64,000 nt of DNA from an uncultured Clostridia bacterium. GTDB taxonomy: Bacteria; Bacillota; Clostridia; UMGS1883. A model generated the notes under the pieces. It was given only the letters and a program-made list of their open reading frames with translations. It had not been told where the DNA came from and ran no database searches. The translations under genes and the position numbers were made by a program. Of this stretch, positions 9,762-18,732 are shown in pieces. The DNA is taken from contig CAKSNY010000001.1 in NCBI GenBank assembly GCA_934476455.1, forward strand, positions 87,673 to 151,672, in the 5' to 3' direction. Every line of letters begins with the position of its first letter. The stretch's first letter is position 1.

Positions 9762-10643
9762 ATGAATATGAAAAGAACAACCGGCGAAAAGATTTTTAAC
9801 GTATTTAACATAATATTGATGATAGGCGTAATTGTTACATGCCTGTACCCCGTATATTACACAATAGTAGCGTCTGTAAGTAATTCGGATATGCTTATGG
9901 CACACCGCGGAATACTTTTGTGGCCGCTGGGAATGTCGTTTTCGGCATATGAAAAAATAGGGCAAAACAGCATGGTAACAACCGGCTTTTTAAACACTTT
10001 TTTCGTGCTTATAACAGGCGTTACGATAAACGTACTGCTTACGCTTTTGGGCGGATACTTTCTTTCACGAAAAAATGTAAAATGGAAAAATGTGTTTATG
10101 GTTATGGTGGTAATTACAATGTATTTTAACGGCGGGCTTGTACCTACATACCTTACCGTTAAAAGCGTAGGGCTTGAAAACTCGTTATGGTCGCTTATCA
10201 TACCTACGGCGGTAAACACCTTTAACCTTATAATTATGCGCACGGGTTTTCAGTCTATCCCGGACGAAATGGAAGAAGCCGCAAGAATAGACGGTGCAGG
10301 GCATATGACAATACTTTTTAAAATATGCGTACCCGTGATAAAAGCAACAATAGCCGTTATACTTTTGTATTATGCGGTAGGACACTGGAATTCGTGGTTT
10401 AACGCCTCTATTTACATTAAAGACAGAAATTTATATCCCATACAGCTTGTTTTAAGAGAAATACTTATTCAAAGCAACACTGCAAGTATGACAACGGGTG
10501 TGGATTCGGGCGATGTGGAATCTATCGCGGAATCTATAAAGTATGCGCTTATAGTCGTTACAACAGTGCCTATACTGTGCGCATATCCGTTTTTGCAGCG
10601 GTTTTTCGAAAAGGGCGTTATGGTAGGCTCTGTAAAGGGTTAA
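9762..10643 (+). CDS. Sugar ABC transporter permease (LplC-type).
   Basis: Six TM helices. The EAA motif is EEAARIDGAGHMTILFKICVP. It lies immediately downstream of the first permease. Confidence 0.8.
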   Translation: MNMKRTTGEKIFNVFNIILMIGVIVTCLYPVYYTIVASVSNSDMLMAHRGILLWPLGMSFSAYEKIGQNSMVTTGFLNTFFVLITGVTINVLLTLLGGYFLSRKNVKWKNVFMVMVVITMYFNGGLVPTYLTVKSVGLENSLWSLIIPTAVNTFNLIIMRTGFQSIPDEMEEAARIDGAGHMTILFKICVPVIKATIAVILLYYAVGHWNSWFNASIYIKDRNLYPIQLVLREILIQSNTASMTTGVDSGDVESIAESIKYALIVVTTVPILCAYPFLQRFFEKGVMVGSVKG

Positions 10644-10665
10644 TAAAAATAAAGGAGGAAGAGGT

Positions 10666-12246
10666 ATGCAAAAAAAGATTACTGCCGCGTCACTTGCCGC
10701 GATGCTTGCACTGTGCGGCATTTTCGGCGGATGCGGAAAGAAAAACATTGAGGAAAGCGGAATCGAGAACGAGTTTGGCAAAGGGGAAATAACCTATCCA
10801 ATTAAAACCGACAAAGAGGTGTCGTACTGGGTTTGGCTTAATTCCAACATTTTAAAATCGTGCTCAAGCTGGAGTGAAACCAAATATGCCGAGGATTTGG
10901 AAAAGCAAACAGGCATTAAGGTAAAGTACATACATCCGGCGATCGGGCAGGAGGATGCAAGCTTTAACATTTTGTTCTCGTCTGACGATTTGCCCGACAT
11001 TATCTGTAATGCGGCATGGCGCACGTTTTCGGGCGGCGGTCCGGACGGGGCGATAGATTCGGGCTATATATTTGACCTTACTGATTATTTAAAGGATTAT
11101 GCGCCGAATTATTACAAGACGCTTAAATCAAACCCCGATTGGGATAAGGCGGCAAAGTCGTTAAACGGCAGATATTACGATATCGGCTCTATAGGACACG
11201 ATGTACCTGTTTACGGAATGATAATCCGCAAGGATTGGCTTGAAGATTTAGGGCTTTCGATGCCGGAAACCGTGCAGGAATGGCATGACGTGCTTAAGGC
11301 TTTTAAAGAGAAGAAGGGCGCTTCCGCGCCGCTGTCATTTTCGGCTTCGTCCTTTTACAAAATGGATATTTTGGAAAGCGCATACAAAACCTCTACAAGC
11401 TTTTATCCCGATGGCGGAAAGATTAAATACGGTCCGCTTGATAAAAGCTATAAGGAATTTGTAAAGGAAATGGCGAAATGGTACAAGGAAGGCTTGCTTG
11501 ATAAAAATATAGCTTCCACAGACTCTAAAGCGCTTGACGCTAAGGTGCTTAACGATAACACCGGCGCAACCTACGGCTATGTATCGAGCGGTATAGGAAA
11601 ATGGATGAGCGCGAAAAAGGCAGGCAGCAAAATGCGCCTTGTGGCTGCACCGTACCCTGTGCTTAATAAGGGCGATAAGCCGTCGCAGTACAGCAAATCT
11701 GTTTCAAGGTACAATAACTTTGCCGCAATAAGCTCAACAAGCAAGAACAAAGAAATTGCAATGCGCCTGCTTGATTACGGATATTCGGAAAAAGGCAGTT
11801 TGCTTACAAACTACGGCAGAGAGGGCGTAACCTACAACATTGTGGACGGCAAGCCGCAGTTTACGGATGAAATACTGCACAATCCGGAGGGTAAGTCTAT
11901 TTCAGAGGCGCTGTACTACTATTCACAGCTTGGTCCGTTCTATCTTACGCGCGAAAGCTTTCTGCAGCAGATAACAATGCCCGAGCAGCTTGAAGCTACC
12001 AAAACATGGGAGGTTGACCACACCCACGCGCTGCCGAATACGCTTATGCCGGACAGCGACCAAAAGGAATACGCGGATATAATGCTTAGTGTGGAAAGCT
12101 ATGTTTCGGAAACGGTGCTTGGCGTAATATGCGGCGAAAAACCCGAAAGCGAACTTGACAAGATGGATTCGCAGCTTAAAAAGCTTAATATTGACCGTGC
12201 AATTGAAATTCAGCAAAAGGCATATGACAATTACAATAAGGAATAA
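10666..12246 (+). CDS. Extracellular solute-binding lipoprotein (LplA-type, family 1 SBP) of the ABC importer.
   Basis: RBS AAGGAGGAAGAGG. The lipoprotein signal is MQKKITAASLAAMLALCGIFGGCG. Size is about 520 aa, typical of oligosaccharide-binding LplA-like SBPs. Confidence 0.75.
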   Translation: MQKKITAASLAAMLALCGIFGGCGKKNIEESGIENEFGKGEITYPIKTDKEVSYWVWLNSNILKSCSSWSETKYAEDLEKQTGIKVKYIHPAIGQEDASFNILFSSDDLPDIICNAAWRTFSGGGPDGAIDSGYIFDLTDYLKDYAPNYYKTLKSNPDWDKAAKSLNGRYYDIGSIGHDVPVYGMIIRKDWLEDLGLSMPETVQEWHDVLKAFKEKKGASAPLSFSASSFYKMDILESAYKTSTSFYPDGGKIKYGPLDKSYKEFVKEMAKWYKEGLLDKNIASTDSKALDAKVLNDNTGATYGYVSSGIGKWMSAKKAGSKMRLVAAPYPVLNKGDKPSQYSKSVSRYNNFAAISSTSKNKEIAMRLLDYGYSEKGSLLTNYGREGVTYNIVDGKPQFTDEILHNPEGKSISEALYYYSQLGPFYLTRESFLQQITMPEQLEATKTWEVDHTHALPNTLMPDSDQKEYADIMLSVESYVSETVLGVICGEKPESELDKMDSQLKKLNIDRAIEIQQKAYDNYNKE

Positions 12247-12280
12247 TTTTAAAAATGTATTATATAAGGGGGATTGTTTT

Positions 12281-14263
12281 GTGAAAAACAATAAAAAATT
12301 TATTTCGTTTATTTTGTTGGCATTTATACTTTTATCGTTTGCGGCTGTGCCGTCATTTGCACAGGACGGCGCCTTTACCACAACGAAGGGCGGAGCATAT
12401 GCGCCTGCAATAATCGGGGAAAATCTTACGACAAGCGCTGAAACATGGATTTTGGAAAATAACGTATTTAAAAAGACGATAACGGCAAACGGAAACGATA
12501 GCTTTACTTTATCAGGAATTGGCACATATAAGAAAACGGGATATGTAGAAGCCACATATGATTTGAAAATCAGTGCAATCCCGAACAAAGGCTATATAAA
12601 AGCAGCCATAAGAAATACTTTTTACAGTAGTACGGAGGGCAGAGTTTGGGATAGTATATCGCTGATCGATGAACTGAGACCGGATAATATAGGAACAGAA
12701 ACGGTAAATATCAAGCAAACATATGAATTTTCAAGCGGACAGTGTGTGGTAACGCTTTATACAAAGAAAGCTGATGAAAGTAACTATACAAAAGTAAAAG
12801 CTTGGACAAGAGAAGGACTTTCGCCGACAACATTTGCCGTAAGAGAATTTATACCATATGTGCAAACGAGCGGGCTTAGCGGAGAAAGTATAGATGTATC
12901 GTTTTCAAATATAGTAATTAAAGAAGGCTATAACGCGGCACTGCTTGAAAACATTACAGAAAGCTACGACAGAAGCGGCAGTGCGGAAATTAACTACAAT
13001 ATACCCGAGGGGTATAAAACAGCGTCTCTCACAGTCGGAGGTGTTACGGCGAAAAGCTTTAATGCGGAAACGGACGCAGCAGGGGCGTACAAAACAACCG
13101 TAGCGCTTTCAAAGCTTCCGTATTGGGGTAATGTTCCCGTTGTTCTTAATGTTGAAGGTGAAGAAGTTAAAACCACTGCAATAAACGTAGTATATTCCAA
13201 TGAAGAGACCGTGCTTGCAGAAGAGGATTTTGAAGGCGACAGTTATACTTTCAGCAAGGATAGTGATATATCGATTGAAAGCGTCACTGTAGGAAGCAAA
13301 ACTTCAAAAATGGCAGTAAGTAGTAAAAATGCAAATATCGGACTATTGTACGCTTTGAGCGAGAGTGTAGATAATACAGATTGTTATAAATATGAGTTTG
13401 ATGTTTATATTACCAATGGTGGAAAATTACAATTTTCGGTTAATTCTGCCAGTCGTGTAGCACCGTGGTATAATAATTGGAATAACTTAACGGGAGACGA
13501 TAAAACGCCTGTTCTAAAGGCTAACAATTGGTATAGGATTACGATTGATTATAATCAAACAGATAAAAAGGTTGAGGTTTCGGTTGATGGCAAGTATATA
13601 GGTTATGTAACCTATGCTCCAACCAAGGTTGACTATTTGAAGCTTGAATTTGCAACTTTTGGTTCCGGAAGTGTTTACATCGACAACGTAAAGCTTTCAA
13701 AGTATAAAAAGGGAAACAAACCGGCACTTGCAAGCGCGTCCGTAAACAGCGACAATGCGGCTGTAACACTTACTTTTGACAGTGCGCTTTTGAACACAGC
13801 TACGCAAGAAAACGTAAAGCTTACTGCAAACGGTACGGCGGCAGCGGCTGAGGTTTTATATAATGAAGATGCAAAAACCGTAATGGTTACACCGCAGGGA
13901 AATATAGAAAGCAAGAACGTAAGCATAGTTCTTGACAAGGAGCTTTTCGGCACAAGCGAGGATATGAAGGTTTCGGCAGTGCTTCCGTCCGTATACAACC
14001 GCACGCTTACAAAAAGCGGCAATACCTACACAGGCAGCCTTTACGCCTTTGCAGACGGGGCGCAAAGCCTTGGCAGAATATATATTGCCGTATATAACGG
14101 CACAAAGCTTGAAGCGGTAGGTACGCAAAAAATGCAAGCGACAAAGGCAGGCAGCAGCGCCTTTACCTGCACCTTTGAAACAGACAAAACAGGCACGGCA
14201 AAGATGATTGTTTTGGGTGACAACCTTACGCCGCTGTGCGGCACAACAGGTGCGACAGACTAA
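12281..14263 (+). CDS. Secreted LamG-domain protein, paralogous to 22480-25263. Order of parts: a conserved N-domain of unknown function, one repeat module of about 85 aa, a LamG domain and an Ig-like C-terminal domain.
   Basis: GTG start at 12281 with RBS AAGGGGG. The ORF-track start at 12155 would overlap the SBP gene. The signal peptide is VKNNKKFISFILLAFILLSFAAVPSFA. The LamG signature is NNWYRITIDYNQ...VDGKYIGYV...VYIDNVKLS. Confidence 0.6.
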   Translation: MKNNKKFISFILLAFILLSFAAVPSFAQDGAFTTTKGGAYAPAIIGENLTTSAETWILENNVFKKTITANGNDSFTLSGIGTYKKTGYVEATYDLKISAIPNKGYIKAAIRNTFYSSTEGRVWDSISLIDELRPDNIGTETVNIKQTYEFSSGQCVVTLYTKKADESNYTKVKAWTREGLSPTTFAVREFIPYVQTSGLSGESIDVSFSNIVIKEGYNAALLENITESYDRSGSAEINYNIPEGYKTASLTVGGVTAKSFNAETDAAGAYKTTVALSKLPYWGNVPVVLNVEGEEVKTTAINVVYSNEETVLAEEDFEGDSYTFSKDSDISIESVTVGSKTSKMAVSSKNANIGLLYALSESVDNTDCYKYEFDVYITNGGKLQFSVNSASRVAPWYNNWNNLTGDDKTPVLKANNWYRITIDYNQTDKKVEVSVDGKYIGYVTYAPTKVDYLKLEFATFGSGSVYIDNVKLSKYKKGNKPALASASVNSDNAAVTLTFDSALLNTATQENVKLTANGTAAAAEVLYNEDAKTVMVTPQGNIESKNVSIVLDKELFGTSEDMKVSAVLPSVYNRTLTKSGNTYTGSLYAFADGAQSLGRIYIAVYNGTKLEAVGTQKMQATKAGSSAFTCTFETDKTGTAKMIVLGDNLTPLCGTTGATD

Positions 14264-14277
14264 AACGGAAATTATAT

Positions 14278-14326
14278 AAAACCTTTTTACAGGGCAGACG
14301 AATAATCTGCTCTGTAAAAAGGTTTA
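14278..14326. terminator. Strong palindromic hairpin, an intrinsic-terminator candidate, between the LamG gene and the SLH operon.
   Basis: aaacctttttacag ... ctgtaaaaaggttt is a perfect 14-bp inverted repeat. The U-tracts lie inside the stem, so it could act as a bidirectional terminator. Confidence 0.5.
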
Positions 14327-14363
14327 TGCACTATAGGTTTTTACGCTAATAGGAGTTAAGAAA

Positions 14364-16064
14364 ATGAAAAAGCTGATTTTATCCTGTATTATTTTAATAA
14401 TGCTTTCGGCGGCGGCATACGCAGCCGCACCCGAGATAAGAGTTTATGATGTTGAAAACGACATCATAAATATAACCGGCAGCGCCGAGGGCGATTTTAG
14501 GGCAGTGTCGGCGGTTGTACTAAACCCCGGCTACACAGAAAGCGACATTATACAAGAAAACTATGCCGCACAAACTGCTGCGGTATGCTATATGGGCGTG
14601 GCATACCCGCAAAACGGGATATACAGCATAAACGTGCCGATGAAGGACGCCACAGCGCCCCAACAAGGCGGCGGTATATACAAAATTATTGTAACGGACG
14701 GCAGCAACCGCCTTTATGACGGCGACTACATGTTTTATTTTAATTCGGCAAAGCTTAGGGTCATAGACGCGCTTAATGCGCAAAACGGCATAGACGTGCA
14801 AAGCACGGGTGACGCGTATGTAAAGTACGGGCTTTCGGAATATCCGCTTTACAAAAATACGGGTATTTCCTCCGTAGCGGCGGCGCTTAAAAATTTACAA
14901 AGTGAAAACGGCGGCAGCTTTGCGCGTAATACTGCATTGTTTGAAAGAATATTAAAGCAGGCGGCAATGCTTGCAGCCTTTAACGAATCTCAAGCGGCGG
15001 TACTTACAGGCGCAGACGGCTCTCTTAACTGCATAAGCCTTTTGTATAATACAGACGGGGCGGCGCTTAATGCAAAAGAAACGGCAGACTATGCCGCATC
15101 GCTGAGCGGGGAAGGGCGCGCGGCGCTTAACGCCGAAATGATGAGCGCAAGCTACACACGCATTGCCGGTATTAAAAATTCTTTCAGAGAGCTTGTCGCA
15201 TATTACGGTATTGTGAAGAACAAGGACAGGGGCTTTGGACATATTGACACGTATTTTAACAATTACGCCGATATTTACGCAAAGTACGGCTTTAAAACAG
15301 AACTTATAACAGAGGACAACAAAAACACCGTTTACAGCGAGCTTATGAAAAAAAGCACACGCAATATAACAGAGCTTGCGGCAGAGTTTAATGCGCTTGC
15401 GGGAAGTAAAAATCAAGGCTCCGGCGGCGGTGCGGGCGGAAATACTGGCGGCAGCGCGGCAGACTCCGGCGGAGGGGGCGCGATGCGTGACAACCTTTAT
15501 ATAGAAAAAGAGATTACTTTTTCGGATTTGGCGGGTTATTCATGGGCGGAAGAGGCAATAAACGCGCTTGCAAAAAAAGGTGTAATAAACGGAAAAAGCG
15601 ACGCGATTTTTGCTCCGTCAGATAATGTTACCCGTGCGGAATTTTTAAAAATGCTTACGGCGGCGCTTGATATAAAGGCAGGCGGCGAATGTCCGTTTAA
15701 CGATGTACCGGACGACTGGAGCAAGCCATACATAACAACTGCATATAATGCAGGTATTGCAAACGGAACGGCAGACAGCACCTTTGAGCCGAACCGCCCG
15801 ATTACGCGTGAAATGGGCGCAGTGTTTGCCGCAAGGGCGCTTAGCTTTAAGGGAATAAGCGCTCAAAAGGACGAGGTAAAATTCAGCGACGATGAAAGCA
15901 TATCGGACTATGCAAAAGACAGCGTTTATGTGATGAAATATGCGGGGATTATATCAGGCGTGGGTGACAACACCTTTGCCCCGAAGGAAACAATGACGCG
16001 TGCGCAGGCGGCAAAAATAATTTACGGTATGCTTGCCTATATTAAAGGGGAGGGCACAGTATGA
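14364..16064 (+). CDS. Cell-surface protein with a Gly-rich linker and three C-terminal SLH (S-layer homology) domains.
   Basis: RBS AGGAG. The signal peptide is MKKLILSCIILIMLSAAAYA. The linker is GSGGGAGGNTGGSAADSGGGGA. SLH repeats include FSDLAGYSWAEEAINALAKKGVINGKSD, FNDVPDDWSKPYITTAYNAGIANG and FSDDESISDYAKDSVYVMKYAGIISG. Confidence 0.75.
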   Translation: MKKLILSCIILIMLSAAAYAAAPEIRVYDVENDIINITGSAEGDFRAVSAVVLNPGYTESDIIQENYAAQTAAVCYMGVAYPQNGIYSINVPMKDATAPQQGGGIYKIIVTDGSNRLYDGDYMFYFNSAKLRVIDALNAQNGIDVQSTGDAYVKYGLSEYPLYKNTGISSVAAALKNLQSENGGSFARNTALFERILKQAAMLAAFNESQAAVLTGADGSLNCISLLYNTDGAALNAKETADYAASLSGEGRAALNAEMMSASYTRIAGIKNSFRELVAYYGIVKNKDRGFGHIDTYFNNYADIYAKYGFKTELITEDNKNTVYSELMKKSTRNITELAAEFNALAGSKNQGSGGGAGGNTGGSAADSGGGGAMRDNLYIEKEITFSDLAGYSWAEEAINALAKKGVINGKSDAIFAPSDNVTRAEFLKMLTAALDIKAGGECPFNDVPDDWSKPYITTAYNAGIANGTADSTFEPNRPITREMGAVFAARALSFKGISAQKDEVKFSDDESISDYAKDSVYVMKYAGIISGVGDNTFAPKETMTRAQAAKIIYGMLAYIKGEGTV

Positions 16065-18715
16065 AAAGAAAAATAATTGCGGCAATGCTGTGTGCGGCTA
16101 TGATATTTACCGCATTTTCGGGAAGTGCTGCCGCAGAGGAAGCGGCTTTCAGCGACACAGACAGCCTTTCCCTGATGAAAACGCTGGGCGTTTTCCCGAG
16201 TGACGTTATCCCGGGCGAGGCGCTTACAAGGCGCGAGCTTGCGCAAATTTTCTTCAGGATAATAATGCCTGATATGGCAGAGGAGGAATACATTCCCTCC
16301 GAAAGCAGGTTTACGGACATAGGCGACGAGGATTTTGCCGCAAATTTTGTTTCCGACATAGGCATAATGAACGGCGTGGGAGACAGGCTTTTTGCGCCGG
16401 ACAACCGCGTTACGTATGCCGAAATCGTGAAGGCGCTTGTGTGCTTTCTGGGTTACCGCGATATGGCGGAGGGTTACGGCGGCTGGCCCGAGGGGTATAA
16501 GCGCTGCGGTGTGAAATTCGGCTTTGCGAAATATTACGGCGGCGACCAAAGCTACGCTACAACAGACGCCGCTGCGGCGCTTTTTAAAGAGGCAATTGAC
16601 GTAAACTTAGCCGAAATTTTGTATTACACAAACAGAACGGAAAGCGCAATCGACCTCGGCATAAGCTACCTTGAGGAATATATGGGTATATATATCCGCG
16701 AGGGGATAGTTTCGGCAAATTATCTTGAAAATCTTTATACTACGGGAAAAACAACAAATTTTGACGAAATCCGCATTGATAACGGCTTGTATTTGCTGTC
16801 GGACGGGGCTTTGCAGCTTAAAGAGTATTTGGGCTGCAAAACGCGGGTTTATGCAAAACAAAGAAGCATTAACGATACGCCCGAAATTCTGCACTATGAA
16901 ATACGCGGAACAAAGGAAACAAAGATAAACTGCGAAAATATTATATCCTACAGCAACGCAACGGGTATTTTAAAATATTACGACGCAAAAAACCGCCAGG
17001 CGGAATTTAACATAGGAAACGCGTACGTGCTTTACAACAATTCGCTTTGCGAAAGCTACGGAGAAGAAACGATAAATCCGTTTTCTTCAAATGCGGATTT
17101 GGACGGATACATAAACATAATAGATAACAATTCCGACGGCATTGCGGATGTTGTGCATATTCGCGTTTATGAAAGCTATGTGGTTTCCAAAATTTCAAAC
17201 AGCAAAATTTACGTTAAATATCATCCGGAAAACATTTTTGACATAACAGAGCTTAAGGACGGCGAGCTTGCCGTAAAAAACGTAGTGGGAGAAACGATAG
17301 CACTGTCACAGCTTGACAGCGGCGACATAATAAGCGTATTCATTGACAAAAGCGGAGAAATACGCGAAATAACAGTATCTGTAGACACGTATTCGGGAAA
17401 AGTTGAAGAAATTATACGCGACAGCCTTAACCCTACGGAAATTAAGCTTGACGGAAAATATTTCAAATTTGCAAATCGCCTGTCTGGTGAAAATCAAAGT
17501 TCTGCGGATATAAAAACAGGTACGAGAATACAAGTGTTTTTTGACTTTAACGGAAGAATTGCGGACATTGAAAAGGACGCGTTTTCATCCGAGCATTTGG
17601 GCTATCTTGTAGATATGAAGCCGGACAGCGTTCATCTCAGAGAAAATGTATACCTAAAGCTTTTGACAGATAACGACGAAATGCTCTCGACAAAGCTTTC
17701 GGATAAAGTAAATTTAAACAAGGTAAGAATGGATGATACCTCCGCAATGGTGCAGCTCGGCTATACAAACGGAAGCCCTATGAAGCGCCAGATTGTTAAG
17801 TACATCTATGACAAAGAGACAGACTGTATAACAGACCTTACCTCGGTTGACGAGAGCATAGACCAGTCGCAGGACGGTTTTTACAAATTCCAAAATCTTA
17901 CGGCGGGTATGCTTAACCATTACCGCGCGTCTACAATGAGCTTTAAGGGCAAGCTTTTGCTTAATGCCGCAACGGTTGTTTTTGTGGTGCCGAACGAAGC
18001 AAGCCGTGACAATGAGGACGCATACCGCGCAATGCAGCCGTCATATTTTGACGACGGCACAAATACGGTAACCTTTGACGCGTACGGCTCGAAGAAAAAC
18101 AACCCCGTTGCCGAGGCGCTTGTTGTGGTAACGGACGGAAACGTTGAAAAGACCTATAAATACACAAGCGTTATAGTAATTAAAAAGATTGAAAAAAGGC
18201 TTAAGGATGGCGACTATCAAACCTTTGTAACGGCATGGCGCAGAGGCGCTGAAGAAGGATATTTTGCAGACGGCGACGCACTTGAAATAAGCGGCGAGCC
18301 GTTAGGACGCGGAGATGTGCTTGAGGTGGGCTTTAACAAAAGCAATGAAATTGTTATAGCGCGCCGTGTGTTTGACGCCGATTTAAGGGCGTTTGATTCG
18401 CGCTTTACGCAAAATCCGACAGACGCAAACCAGGTTGCGGCAGACAGGTATCTTTACGGTACGGTGGATTATTTTAACGAGGCTGTAATGACCGTTGCAA
18501 CCGTTGACCTTGCGCCCGGGGCACAAACCGCGTATGAGCATTACCCGGTTTCGGGGCTTACGGTGTACGAATATAACACGGAAAACGGCAAGCCCGAAAT
18601 AATAAAAACAGATTCCTCCGTAATACATGACGAGAAGAATAACAACTATCCGGCAAAGATATTTTTATACACCAAAAATGCGGTTGCGCAGTTTGCAATC
18701 GTTTATCATGATTAA
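16061..18715 (+). CDS. Large cell-surface protein with N-terminal SLH domains and a C-terminal region of about 700 aa of unknown function.
   Basis: Its start overlaps the upstream gene by 4 nt (ATGA). The signal peptide is MKRKIIAAMLCAAMIFTAFSGSAAA. SLH motifs include FSDTDSLSLMKTLGVF and FTDIGDEDFAANFVSDIGIMNGVGDRLFAPDNRVTYAEIVKAL. Confidence 0.7.
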   Translation: MKRKIIAAMLCAAMIFTAFSGSAAAEEAAFSDTDSLSLMKTLGVFPSDVIPGEALTRRELAQIFFRIIMPDMAEEEYIPSESRFTDIGDEDFAANFVSDIGIMNGVGDRLFAPDNRVTYAEIVKALVCFLGYRDMAEGYGGWPEGYKRCGVKFGFAKYYGGDQSYATTDAAAALFKEAIDVNLAEILYYTNRTESAIDLGISYLEEYMGIYIREGIVSANYLENLYTTGKTTNFDEIRIDNGLYLLSDGALQLKEYLGCKTRVYAKQRSINDTPEILHYEIRGTKETKINCENIISYSNATGILKYYDAKNRQAEFNIGNAYVLYNNSLCESYGEETINPFSSNADLDGYINIIDNNSDGIADVVHIRVYESYVVSKISNSKIYVKYHPENIFDITELKDGELAVKNVVGETIALSQLDSGDIISVFIDKSGEIREITVSVDTYSGKVEEIIRDSLNPTEIKLDGKYFKFANRLSGENQSSADIKTGTRIQVFFDFNGRIADIEKDAFSSEHLGYLVDMKPDSVHLRENVYLKLLTDNDEMLSTKLSDKVNLNKVRMDDTSAMVQLGYTNGSPMKRQIVKYIYDKETDCITDLTSVDESIDQSQDGFYKFQNLTAGMLNHYRASTMSFKGKLLLNAATVVFVVPNEASRDNEDAYRAMQPSYFDDGTNTVTFDAYGSKKNNPVAEALVVVTDGNVEKTYKYTSVIVIKKIEKRLKDGDYQTFVTAWRRGAEEGYFADGDALEISGEPLGRGDVLEVGFNKSNEIVIARRVFDADLRAFDSRFTQNPTDANQVAADRYLYGTVDYFNEAVMTVATVDLAPGAQTAYEHYPVSGLTVYEYNTENGKPEIIKTDSSVIHDEKNNNYPAKIFLYTKNAVAQFAIVYHD

Positions 18716-18732
18716 GGAAGGGAAGGGGTTTT

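Noticed and set aside
12155-12280. Upstream extension of the LamG ORF (ORF-track start at 12155).
   Set aside because: It overlaps the SBP gene by about 90 nt. GTG 12281 has an AAGGGGG RBS and begins a signal peptide.
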